DNA of 63,888 nucleotides, the filler included, from Aduncisulcus paluster (lineage: Eukaryota), in NCBI GenBank assembly GCA_024181965.1. It is 31 parts of 31 records of this genome, joined end to end, with 100 filler letters (N's around TTAATTAATTAA, not from the genome) between each part and the next. Parts side by side here need not be neighbours in the genome. Positions count along the whole stretch, not along the records: positions 43,024 to 57,626 come from BQXS01007715.1; positions 57,727 to 58,812 come from BQXS01007737.1; positions 58,913 to 59,933 come from BQXS01007784.1; positions 60,034 to 61,084 come from BQXS01007791.1; positions 61,185 to 62,669 come from BQXS01007810.1; 26 more parts are not named here. The stretch is one strand, 5' to 3'. The notes beneath the pieces are model-generated. The model saw only the letters and a program-made list of their open reading frames with translations, searched no databases and was not told the origin of the DNA. Positions 52,601 through 62,265 of the stretch are shown here, in pieces (positions within the stretch are counted from its first letter, which is position 1; every line of letters starts with the position of its first letter). The position numbers and the translations under genes are program-made.

Positions 52601-53282
52601 TGAGAAGTGGAGAGGCAGCGGTGGGGCCAGGCGTAAATGTGTTGTTACAGAGTATGTCAGAAGATTACCCAAAGACGTAATCATTGATCCTGCTTGCGTT
52701 AAGGCCTGTCTACAAAATCAGGAAGCCATGAATAGTCGGCCTTCATCTCGTGTCAAGTCCGCCAAGAGTTCCTCCCGTGAAGAAGCCTACATTCAAGTTC
52801 GGCAGGATGATTCAGGTTCAAGGGGAGATTCGAGATCAGGATCGAGATATGGGTCTAGAAATGATTCTTTGTACTCCCGAGGAGGATCGAGACTGAGTGA
52901 TCATGTTTTGCTTGAGGAAAAAGAGCGTGTGAGGCGTCCTGATGGCTCTGGTTCTTCCCGATCTGGGACTATCAAAAGGAGAGGCGGCAACAAAGCCAAT
53001 ATGTTCCAAAGTGTTCACCGAAAGAAGAAGAAATGTCGATGCGGCGATGGAGTTCGATTTGAAGAAGAGGAAAAAGATGTTATTGTATCAATTTATACAC
53101 TCCATCCTGTTGTTCCTTCTCACGAGATTAAATATAGAGATCTCATGGATGGAACTCGGACTATATACCGGCAATTCCTCAAGCAAAGTGATGGTTGTCT
53201 TCGTGAGATTCGAGGAGGGGGAAATATCCTCATGCTTCACGATCATGCCTCATCAACAGGGTCAGAAGGAACTAGTTTTTAA
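49608..53282 (+). CDS. Large membrane protein, OFCC1-like (tentative)
   Basis: 1224-aa ORF with GWCVFPL..GGYRVPMVRG..DHWLGNLY, four to five C-terminal TM helices and a KWRG motif. Confidence 0.55.
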   Translation: MEIRKQLEERKKKIVSTIGDNEVELNPASTSFSKFTAPYSLTIGELDAESIEKTERLIDMQRRYYIIDEIKYHKKAVAHVCMKADNAIKSAENAAKRFSKSINHEGAFADQSREAKAMFSALRKAKKTIKVASKVRKAQVEEGFGKLVPDKLRMITSKTLHSTSTAKRPIKIHIHKLGSPGARLPRGRFVCSVSMLTKLGLDGSIIEWSKGRYPYNIHGITPHFKYSGSYEEESMNISRVLHTSVPSKIRTPPTACLLIELLYIVPTPQTYSNSSKRALAAANKRDSSDPSSRRVASSLPIPDSFPSVSSAAAPTSSSTMFLSVGWCVFPLLSVGLDVIEGGYRVPMVRGSLDPTVCLFSEYQSLFERDLDHWLGNLYISVTHTPQQTALKVPRYLRDVRHGTKEEDIKRVVLMRDMLLEEERERKAKMYEGYVTVDDNESEQTGSPHKSNNSSLIFFRDENGRTPDVDDDNEAVISFLPSRTALRRSLVSHLLRLEQERDYETRDVDGMEEDYEYEECYTTRFAGVSEEADQWDAEAESSTHSSAEDNHSAEGSGEDSVRTRRSTRSTSQRSGHHLVPSIPVQGMAINSIGEESEKQKTDSSKHSIADSKSVQQGQGGCKRPNPRDPNSIPFFTLKKEMIRSIGSFPNVHITPSGTNTHRLAPLFSCMAKAKKQEEDEEYQRTHISMHNNVYSLFQPEVPALTLKELRKEKGLSQQQQTQTKQGTGIQFSDTVRVPKAAVERREAGERVSSGSFLTSGLLGDFALLFPSTGVFWSSIFLLITSLLLHNFLKGFFQYLYLKLRGVYVHQVSLAFLVTYVLMEYEGRVYDVMFEVFNVLIGALSGMVLFLALLIPLYLFTKHKLKHTHSHIRSHVPSVIWRFCASIGLWMVIDPLLVILYGMLCYWLHPNAVSDLRRITVVFEYRQGDSSAGFMFLVIIYILTFAVNMALFIWYLLRVHNSGQLHDAVLKLTDVSGTRTFIPPDDSVTLSEFVDILRESEKWRGSGGARRKCVVTEYVRRLPKDVIIDPACVKACLQNQEAMNSRPSSRVKSAKSSSREEAYIQVRQDDSGSRGDSRSGSRYGSRNDSLYSRGGSRLSDHVLLEEKERVRRPDGSGSSRSGTIKRRGGNKANMFQSVHRKKKKCRCGDGVRFEEEEKDVIVSIYTLHPVVPSHEIKYRDLMDGTRTIYRQFLKQSDGCLREIRGGGNILMLHDHASSTGSEGTSF

Positions 53283-54003
53283 ACATTTATTTATTCACAT
53301 TTTAATTTTAAATATTTATATTGCAATCAACAAACATTTCCAGACTCTGGAAATTTTCAAACTTTTTTTTGTAAGATCCTTGGGTGTATCTAATGAATAG
53401 TAACAATAAAATCACTTTATTGTTCTTTTAGCTTCGTTAATACGAATTTCTTCATTTTGAATAACTTATTCATATTGAATATTATCATATTATTTCATTT
53501 CAGACAATTGGATCAAAAACATTTTGAACTCAAATGAATTATTTTTCAAAAACAAAAAGGCATAAAATATATTTTATTTTCAATACTTTATCATAATACC
53601 AGCCAAGATCTTTCATTTCTTGTTAACAAAGGACTAACTCCAAGTTGGAGTCTCCAACCCAGTGTATTAGATCAATAATAAGAACCAACTGTCATCGCAT
53701 TATGCAAATATTGATGTTGTATTTGATACTGGATAAAATAACTTTGTATTTCCACTATGATCTGAGATAATAATTTTCGAATATTTTATTCAAATTAGAT
53801 CAAATAATTGAATTATATATATCTATTTGTCATGGCAATTCAAATGACTGGGTCAGATAAATCTATATTTAGATCTAATAACGACACATTGTTGGTGGAA
53901 CGATCTACGAGAAAAAAAAAAAAAATAAAACTATTTATATTAATGAATGTTAAACCCTGTCCTCTCTTCCTCTCTCTTTTTTTTCTTTTGTTTCGATCTA
54001 AAT

Positions 54004-56004
54004 TTAGAAATAAAGATCTCTGACCCCCTTAATTTTGATCATGTCAAGCTTCTTCATGAACGACTTTTTGCGAGATTCAGACGGGATATTCTCCATTTCC
54101 TTTCCAATCAGCTCCCATCCGATCTTCTGTGTTTCTGGGGAAGCATAATCAATGAGATACTCAGCCAACGTGAGCAAGGCATTTGGCTGGCAATAGTTCC
54201 CAATGGCCCCACTCTTAGCAAAGTTCATGAACACCTCTCCAGTCCTGCCACTTCTGTAGCATCCAGTGCAGAAGGAAGGAATGAACCCTTTCTTCATCAA
54301 GTCACGGACGACCTCATCAAGAGAACGGTGGTCAGAGAGCTCGAACTGTCCCTCGTCCTCTGTGGTCCCAACTTTTGTCTGCACCTCCTTCTCTTCCTCG
54401 CCCTTGCTGTAAGCACCAGGGTCAGTGCGGGAGGCAGCACTCAGCTGACTCACTCCAAGTTGAAGGAGTTCATCACGCATGGCTTCAGACTACACGGGTG
54501 GAGAGGATAATCCCCGTATATGGGAGAGACACACGCAGCACAGCAACGATCTTCTTGAACTGCTTGTCATTGACAGGGTAAGGCACAACATGGGACAATG
54601 GGGCATCCTTTGCAGGCTGGATACGAGGCACGGAGACAGTGTGAGGCCCTGTTCCCCAGTTCTTGTCCAGGTGAGCACCATGCATGATCATGGCAAGGGT
54701 GTCCCATTTGTAATCGTAGAGCCCATACAACACACCCAGACCCACATCGTCAATGCCTCCCTTGTTGGAACGATCCATGTTGGTGATACGGAAGTCGTAG
54801 TCAGCTTTAGGCCCTGACGAATGTACCTTGGCAAAGGTGGGACGATGGTATGACTCCTGGAAGAGAGCAACCGTTCCAATGCTATCGGTGGCCTTGAGAC
54901 GCTTCATATCACTCACGGAGAGAGTAGGAACCTCAACATTAATCCGACGGATCGAACTACCCTTCTCATCACGGACAGCATTGGTGGCAACCATTGCATC
55001 AACAAAGGAGTCGAAGGGATACTTGGGACTCTCACCACAAAGCATTAACGTACGTTTGTGACCTTGTTTCACAATAGCTCGGGCATCAGCAGCAACCTGA
55101 CTACTATCAAGAACAGTCCTTGGGGAATCTTTGTTGTGACAGCTGAATCCACAATATAAACAACCGTTAATGCACTCATTTGCAGTGTATAAAGGTGCAA
55201 ACATGACAACACGCTTTCCATAGATTTTCTCTTTGATGAATTTGGCAGTCTTGTAGAGTTCTTCCATCAATTCTGGATGTTCTTCTTCATCAATGTTCAA
55301 AAGAAGAGCCGTTTCCTCGATTGACAGACCTTGAATGAACTCAGATCCAAATTGACACCCTACAGGAATCTTGAATTGAGCAGCATCCTTGGCCTTCTTA
55401 AGAATACGTTTCACGGTATCTACATCGGTGGAAGCAAGCTCTGTACTAACGAGGGCCCTACTAATTCTCNNNNNNNNNNNNNNNNNNNNGGTGCAAACAT
55501 GACAACACGCTTTCCATAGATTTTCTCTTTGATGAATTTGGCAGTCTTGTAGAGTTCTTCCATCAATTCTGGATGTTCTTCTTCATCAATGTTCAAAAGA
55601 AGAGCCGTTTCCTCGATTGACAGACCTTGAATGAACTCAGATCCAAATTGACACCCTACAGGAATCTTGAATTGAGCAGCATCCTTGGCCTTCTTAAGAA
55701 TACGTTTCACGGTATCTACATCGGTGGAAGCAAGCTCTGTACTAACGAGGGCCCTACTAATTCTCTCTTCGTCAATAATATCCTTGGGATGAACGGTTTC
55801 TGGGTGAGGATCTTTTTCTATACTCCAGAAAGTTCCAGGATGTTTCCAAGCACGTTTCAATGGTCGTTTCATTCCCTCAATTGTAACTGGACCAGGAATA
55901 GTGATTCCTGTGGGAGTACTTTGAGAGAAAGAATGGGAAACTCCAGAAACAAGTGATTCTGGAATTATTTCTGATATAGAAGGTTTTAATATGGATGAAA
56001 GCAT
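54004..56004 (-). CDS. hydG: [FeFe]-hydrogenase maturase HydG with N-terminal extension (dup artefact at the N gap; 1-bp frameshift near 54492)
   Basis: VMFAPLY..CINGCLYC radical-SAM motif, FQESYH, GPHTVSVPRI, and C-terminal PSFCTGCYR-x20-C (CX2CX22C) diagnostic of HydG; ends GVRDLYF. Confidence 0.92.
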
Positions 56005-56670
56005 AATAAAATGATAGATTCAATCTTCCAAAGTTATTCAAGAAGCAAATCAGACGGGAAACATGGATTGGCAATTGGATTTTGTCTTAATTAAAGAAAT
56101 TGAAAAGTTAATTGTCAAAAGGAAGATAAAAATAATTTTGAAAACAAAAATACTTATTTTAACTACGATTGACATAACCAAAGCCCAGTTGAAGTCGGAT
56201 TGTACCAATCTTGGAAAAAAGACACCTCTTCTTCATAGAATGCCGATTCCTGTGGTTTTTATCCAATGGCCATTTGTAAAATTTTGCAAACAGTTCAATG
56301 CAAACAAAATGTGGCAACAATCCTCAAGGATGCCTCATCCAGTGGGAAATAGCTTATTCGAATATTTTATACATTTATCTTCCTCGTCTCAAACTTTTTT
56401 CATTTTTATTTTACATTTTAAAACTGATTCTATACGTTTTATACGTGTCAAACAATGAATGAAATAACTCTTTCATTTGTCAGCATTGATTGTCTATTTC
56501 ACGAGAATTGACAAGAAAATAGTATGTATATAAAAAATATTGCAATAATTTCCTCGAATAATGAATTAATCGCCAATCACAATTTTTCTCTACCCTCCAC
56601 TGACATCTCCAATTCTCTAGTATCCTCCCATTTCTAGAAGTTTCAACAATTATTTTTTTAAATATATACA

Positions 56671-57626
56671 ATGGGAAATAATATCTCTATTGCCTGTTGT
56701 AGCCCAGACATCCTGACCCCCAAGGGAATTAAGAAATCGCTGATTTCTTACGAAAACTCTGACATTATTCATCCCTCAGGAGCCAAAGTCAAAATAGACC
56801 AAACCTCTGGGGATATTTTGCACATACTGCAAATCCCATACCATCAACGAGCTGAGTCAAAACTTGCTGAGTCGATTTCCTTCGAAGTGTTATATCTTCC
56901 CCTTCCATGCTCTTCAACAAATCCTTCCTCTGATTTAATCGCATTCCCGGACCACCCCTCCACAGCATTGGTAATTTCCATCCCTGAGCACCCTCAAGAT
57001 GAAAGAATCCTCTCGAGATCCCACTCAAGGTCTGAACTACAAAAAACCAAAGGATGTTGTATATCCCACCTTGATTTACTCATTATTGGTGGGCCTTTGC
57101 AACCTAGAGTGCTTGAACTAGTCATAAATCTGATTGATTCTCCATCAGTTCCAACTGAAAGTAGCCATAATGAGGACAAAGTAACGTTTACGCTCCTTAT
57201 TCCAAAATTAAAAGAAACTGTACACAAGTGGATGCGTATCAACACCAACTATTCGAATGTTTTCTCAATTGGGTTATCCTGTATGGATAAATGGGAAAAG
57301 AATCAGGATCCCTGCTCCTTTTGTTCCATTGGAGACATATTAATTCATGGAACAATGCCAAGTGGAACAAAATGCGAAGATATTCGTCGTCCTCCTCAAA
57401 AGCTCTCCTCATTCTCTGAATCTCACTTGATGAAAACTACCGTTTCGGTCGAACAACAAAAAGCAATTGGGCGAAAAAGAAAGGCAAAAAGGTTAAAAAT
57501 CACTCCCGTCCACCCATTACCTCAGCCAATTCCTCCCGTCAAGCCCCAACCGAAAGTTGATGTCGTAGTTCCTCCCGTCAAGCCCCAACTGAAAGTTGAT
57601 GTTGGGGAACCAATTGACCCATCCAC
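56671..57626 (+). CDS. Eukaryotic hypothetical protein with predicted N-terminal acylation signal (partial)
   Basis: MGNNISIACC (Gly2 plus Cys pair); Pro-rich tail with two PPVKPQ repeats. Confidence 0.55.
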
Positions 57627-57803
57627 NNNNNNNNNNNNNNNNNNNNNNNNNNNNNNNNNNNNNNNNNNNNTTAATTAATTAANNNNNNNNNNNNNNNNNN
57701 NNNNNNNNNNNNNNNNNNNNNNNNNNCCGTGAATACCCGACGGGGAAGATAAAGTGAGTTCTTTTAATTAAGCAAACTTTATTTCTTTGTACTGTAAGAA
57801 GGG

Positions 57804-57903
57804 TGTTACGGATAATTATTTTAATGTTTCTCACATATCTATTTTTAGATCCAACTGTTCGTTCTATTTTTATTTAATAAATTGTACCAATCATAGTACA
57901 ACA
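57804..57903 (+). mobile_element. 3' LTR, family D (97-100 bp) with polypurine tract
   Basis: AAGAAGGG then TGTTACGGA..TTTCTCA..CTATTTTTAG..AATAAATTGTACC..ACA; cuts the Gag-like ORF on the opposite strand. Confidence 0.7.
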
Positions 57904-58264
57904 CCTTGGCTTTGCCGCCGTCGGAACATGCATCGAATTCAGCGAGAAAACCTTCACAGTATGTCATCATAGATTCAACAGTGCAAGCAGAGACTTTGGG
58001 GAGACTTCTGATGGCTCTCTTCAACTGAGGAACAGTAGTACCGAAAGACTTAGTAACCTCCTTGATAAAACGTTTCAGAGCACCAGGAACAGTAAGATCA
58101 GTCATAGATACACGCTTTTTAAGAACACGAAGACAAGTTGGAGAAATCAATTTGTTGAGTGACTGAGTACCACCTTCAGCTTCATAAACCATGAATTCTT
58201 TGATGAAACATCTCCAATCAGACTTGAGAGGCTTGGATAAGTAAGGAATTTTTGAGAACTGCAT
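57904..58264 (-). CDS. Gag-like ORF, interrupted by LTR D
   Basis: IPYLSKPLKSDWRCFIKEFMVYEAEGG motif. Confidence 0.6.
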
Positions 58265-58349
58265 AATCAATTATAACGAGCAAAAATAGTCAGTATTAAT
58301 AAGACAATAATTTTGTTAGTACAAAATAATATTATTTTGTGATCAGCAC

Positions 58350-58437
58350 TGTGAGTTTCTCATGGTCTAATTATAGAACCATGCCCCGTCTTCATTTCTA
58401 ATAAATTGTACCACTGTTGTTTCTATAGATTTTGACA
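58350..58437 (+). mobile_element. 5' LTR, family B (88 bp)
   Basis: TGTGAG...TTTGACA; exact reverse complement of 61553-61640 and 61952-62039 with different flanks. Confidence 0.85.
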
Positions 58438-58452
58438 ATATATATATTTAGC

Positions 58453-58812
58453 ATGAAGAACAGTAAGATCGTGTCCATTGGTGTTAAAAAACTCAAAGAA
58501 AGGGAATTACCAGCACCATACTTAGAATCTCTCGATTCCGACACTTGGGAACGTTTTCTTGCGGAATATGACCACTACCGTTCCCTTGGAGGGAAAAGAT
58601 TCTGGCCGACACTTTGCTCTGCCGCAGCTTTGAGGATAATTGCGATTATTGCTAAGGTCACTGACTTTACTATCTCAAAAAACCGGATCAGAGCCAGAAA
58701 GAGAATTACTGCGATATTTCGCGGAAGTTCAAAACAATCCATCTCGGATCAGCTGAAAGGAACAAGAATGCGACCTGAACTCACTATGAAGGCGATATCC
58801 GAATATATCGGC
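58453..58812 (+). CDS. Gag-like ORF of family B (partial)
   Basis: PAPYLESLDSDTWERFLAEYDHYRSLGG motif; starts 15 bp after the LTR. Confidence 0.6.
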
Positions 58813-58912
58813 NNNNNNNNNNNNNNNNNNNNNNNNNNNNNNNNNNNNNNNNNNNNTTAATTAATTAANNNNNNNNNNNNNNNNNNNNNNNNNNNNNNNN
58901 NNNNNNNNNNNN

Positions 58913-59757
58913 ATCACCTTGGTTTCCAAAGCTGAGCCACTGGTAACCTTTTGGTCCAGGATCGCCGTCACAACCATTCTGGTGTGATGAGACTCTGTCA
59001 CACTAAGAGAGAACGTTGGGTTATCGATATAGTCTCTCAGGATCTCCTGCAGTTTCCTGCTGGTCCCAGAGGCTGTACACGAGATCAGGGCTGGTGCTGC
59101 CTTCGTCTTCTTGATGTGCACATCCAGCCTTGTGGCCCATTCTCTCAATTTGACAGATGTTGTGTCTTCGAGCATTGGCGGAGGAGTGGGATCTTGTGTC
59201 ACCACGACCAGAGGAACTTGAGGGGTGTGAGACACACTTGCCCTGTCACCTTCGGCCTTGTCCTTCTTCATGGAGTGAATCTCCTTCGCCAGCTTGAGGA
59301 TAGTCTCCTCTAATGTCGCCAGTCTCTTGTCAGACTTGGTGCTTTGATCCACAGAGATATCGTTACCTCCCAGGTCCTCGTTAGACTCTTCTTCATCCTT
59401 CACAGAGGCTCTTCGAGCTTTTTCAGGTTTCTTCCCTTCAGTGGCCCGAGGGGTGGAGTGCTTCTCCGGGGTAGCCGTCTTCTTGTCATCCGGCACCTCT
59501 GTCGTCCTCTCGGAGACTTCGCCCATGGCTTTGATGTCCTCAGCCGTTTGTTCGGCTGCCTTTTGAGCAACTTCCTCAGCCATCTTCTTCTTCAGAGCCT
59601 CTAACTCTGTGGCTTGAGCCTTGAGAGCTTCCACCTCCTCGTCCGTCAACTTGTGAGACCGGGGAGACTCTGGGAGGTCCTCGGGGGCCTCCTCAAACGA
59701 CACCAGCTCGAGCAAGGAAGCGTCATCCGCAAGGCTCGTCGATCTCCTCTTGGGATC
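58913..59757 (-). CDS. Gag-like/hydrophilic ORF fragment, 5' end replaced by LTR C
   Basis: Charged low-complexity region, then PPPMLEDTTSVKLREW; abrupt GC change at the LTR junction. Confidence 0.45.
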
Positions 59758-59858
59758 TGTTAACTTGGTACAATTTACTAAAATAAATCGGAACAATATG
59801 ATCTATAAATAGAACATGAGAAATACATATGAAAACGATAACAAACAATATAATAACA
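59758..59858 (-). mobile_element. 3' LTR, family C (101 bp) with polypurine tract
   Basis: TGTTA..TAACA termini; sense GGAGGGAGGAAAAAGGGAAG directly upstream; TTTCTCA, CTATTTATAG, AGTAAATTGTACC. Confidence 0.75.
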
Positions 59859-60079
59859 CTTCCCTTTTTCCTCCCTCCTTTTTCAGAAGTTTCCTTTGTT
59901 TCCAACATTTTCTAAAACGTTAAATATCTTGGGNNNNNNNNNNNNNNNNNNNNNNNNNNNNNNNNNNNNNNNNNNNNTTAATTAATTAANNNNNNNNNNN
60001 NNNNNNNNNNNNNNNNNNNNNNNNNNNNNNNNNAACATAAAGAATTTTATTATTATGTGATTTATGTTTTGCTTACAAA

Positions 60080-60616
60080 ATGGAATCAAACCCTCCCATT
60101 TCAGGTTTGGACAGCTTCAAGACTATCAATAGAAACGTTAAGTTGGTTTTAAAAGCCACGAAACGTCGATACTCAGAGCTTAAAGAGATGATCTCTTCTT
60201 CTCTCCCCCCGATTATTTCTGGAGAAACCTCAGTCACTTCAACCAATATTGAAGCATTTTTAGACACTTCAAAGGTTTACTCTGCCGCCATTGAGTTTCT
60301 TTCAAAGAAGATTGCTGTCAGATTGCTGGATGCACTGTGTCACTATGAGTACGAAAAAAGACTGTCAAGAGCAACAGAAGACTACCTGAAGCAGATAGAA
60401 AGGATATTATTCTTGAAGAGATTCGGAACGATGGAAAATTTGGTGCAATTATTTCAGAATGGCCAGATTATAAACTACTTGAATTTTACACAAAGTATCT
60501 GTCCAGGAGCCAGCTTAACTCTTATCTCTCAAGGCTCAGATTTGTCAGCCACAATGCAAACCTCTTCTGTAGCTGTTGATCTCGATGAAGAAGAGGAATT
60601 TGAAGAGCTCGAATAA
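60080..60616 (+). CDS. Hypothetical ORF, second copy of 34000-34491
   Basis: Reverse-complement near-identity with scaffold 33362-34491. Confidence 0.45.
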   Translation: MESNPPISGLDSFKTINRNVKLVLKATKRRYSELKEMISSSLPPIISGETSVTSTNIEAFLDTSKVYSAAIEFLSKKIAVRLLDALCHYEYEKRLSRATEDYLKQIERILFLKRFGTMENLVQLFQNGQIINYLNFTQSICPGASLTLISQGSDLSATMQTSSVAVDLDEEEEFEELE

Positions 60617-60686
60617 ATGGAAGATATTCTTCAAATTATTTGGCTTAGCTTACAGTTAATTTGTTCCTTGACTTTGACTTCCATAT

Positions 60687-60839
60687 TGTGGTCAATAATG
60701 ATTTTTATCTTCATTTCCTACTAGGTGATAGTATTATACTATTGTGGTGACCATTCTCAGGGACATTCTAAAAATAGATTGGTTCGCTCGAGATCTGTTT
60801 ATTAATAAATTGGACCGCATTATAGTTAGTTTGGCCACA
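60687..60839 (+). mobile_element. 5' LTR, family E (second copy), followed by a palindrome and the MVQTRSQ ORF
   Basis: Same sequence as 33690-33842. Confidence 0.65.
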
Positions 60840-61184
60840 TTTTGATCAAAATCCTATCAAACTAAAGTTTATTGTATAATTGACGCCAAAATTTTTCTGT
60901 TAAAATGGTACAAACAAGAAGCCAATTGAAAAACGCCAATACAGGTGAAAATGATGAAGAATTTGAAATTGTTGGTGATTTACCAACTGAACGCCATGAT
61001 AGTGATGCCAGTCATGGTGAAAATGCCAAAGAATCTGATGAAAAGGAAAAGTCTGATTTATTGTCCGATAATGAAATTTCAAAGNNNNNNNNNNNNNNNN
61101 NNNNNNNNNNNNNNNNNNNNNNNNNNNNTTAATTAATTAANNNNNNNNNNNNNNNNNNNNNNNNNNNNNNNNNNNNNNNNNNNN

Positions 61185-61551
61185 CAAAAGGTTTTCCAAT
61201 GTCAAAACGCTTCTTAACATTCTTTTTAACCTCTTCTTGGTTCTCCCTCGCAGATTCCTGGATTTCCAGAATCCTTTCCGTGATATCATCGACGTAAGAT
61301 TTCAAAAACGATGGAGTCAGATCGGAAATGTGCTTGTCGAAACAGAAAGGAACAGCCTCATTAGCAGTCAAATCCTTCCCAAAAATCATTTCGTAAGGTC
61401 TTTTTTTCGTGGTTCTATGAATTCTCATATTCAAATAAAACCTTATTACCGGTATTAATTCCGATAAAACGTACTCCTTCTTGGGTATTGTCGACTTCAT
61501 CTTTAGCAAAGACCTCTTAATAACTCCATTCAAACGTTCAACAATCCCCAT
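61185..61551 (-). CDS. Retroviral-type DDE integrase, C-terminal part, interrupted by LTR B
   Basis: GIVERLNGVIK (catalytic Glu helix), LNMRIHRTTKKRPYEMIFG, then ..ARENQ..KKRFD..F as in Ty3/Gypsy integrases. Confidence 0.8.
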
Positions 61552-61552
61552 C

Positions 61553-61640
61553 TGTCAAAATCTATAGAAACAACAGTGGTACAATTTATTAGAAATGAAG
61601 ACGGGGCATGGTTCTATAATTAGACCATGAGAAACTCACA
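61553..61640 (-). mobile_element. 3' LTR, family B with polypurine tract
   Basis: Sense GGGGGGAAC (61641-61649) precedes TGTGAG. Confidence 0.85.
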
Positions 61641-61951
61641 GTTCCCCCCAGAACCAAGACTCGTCTCAGTTACAAATAAATAAAAAATAAAAATTAAAAA
61701 AAAAAAAAAAAAAAAGAAAAAGAACATGGAACGGGAGAGAAGACCTCAGCCTTAAGAACTCCCAACCATACGTAGGGGTGACCGCAGAACACCTAGAGCA
61801 GACCTCAGCCCGCTGATCAACCTCAGCTGATCATATTCCCAACAACACGCAGAANNNNNNNNNNNNNNNNNNNNAGTCCCGAAATATTCTGGACCTTATC
61901 ATAATACTTCGGTATGTAATCATGAAAATAATTAAAAAAACCAAGAATACT

Positions 61952-62039
61952 TGTCAAAATCTATAGAAACAACAGTGGTACAATTTATTAGAAATGAAGA
62001 CGGGGCATGGTTCTATAATTAGACCATGAGAAACTCACA
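61952..62039 (-). mobile_element. 3' LTR, family B (another insertion flank)
   Basis: Identity with 61553-61854 starts exactly at the LTR end; the flanks differ. Confidence 0.85.
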
Positions 62040-62265
62040 GTTCCCCCCAGAACCAAGACTCGTCTCAGTTACAAATAAATAAAAAATAAAAATTAAAAAA
62101 AAAAAAAAAAAAAAAGAAAAAGAACATGGAACGGGAGAGAAGACCTCAGCCTTAAGAACTCCCAACCATACGTAGGGGTGACCGCAGAACACCTAGAGCA
62201 GACCTCAGCCCGCTGATCAACCTCAGCTGATCATATTCCCAACAACACGCAGAAGGGGATGATAT

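Noticed and set aside
33875-62039. Short repeats between ORFs as a CRISPR or integron-like cassette array
   Set aside because: No regular repeat-spacer period and no cas or intI gene; TG..CA ends, PPTs and a TSD explain them as LTRs.
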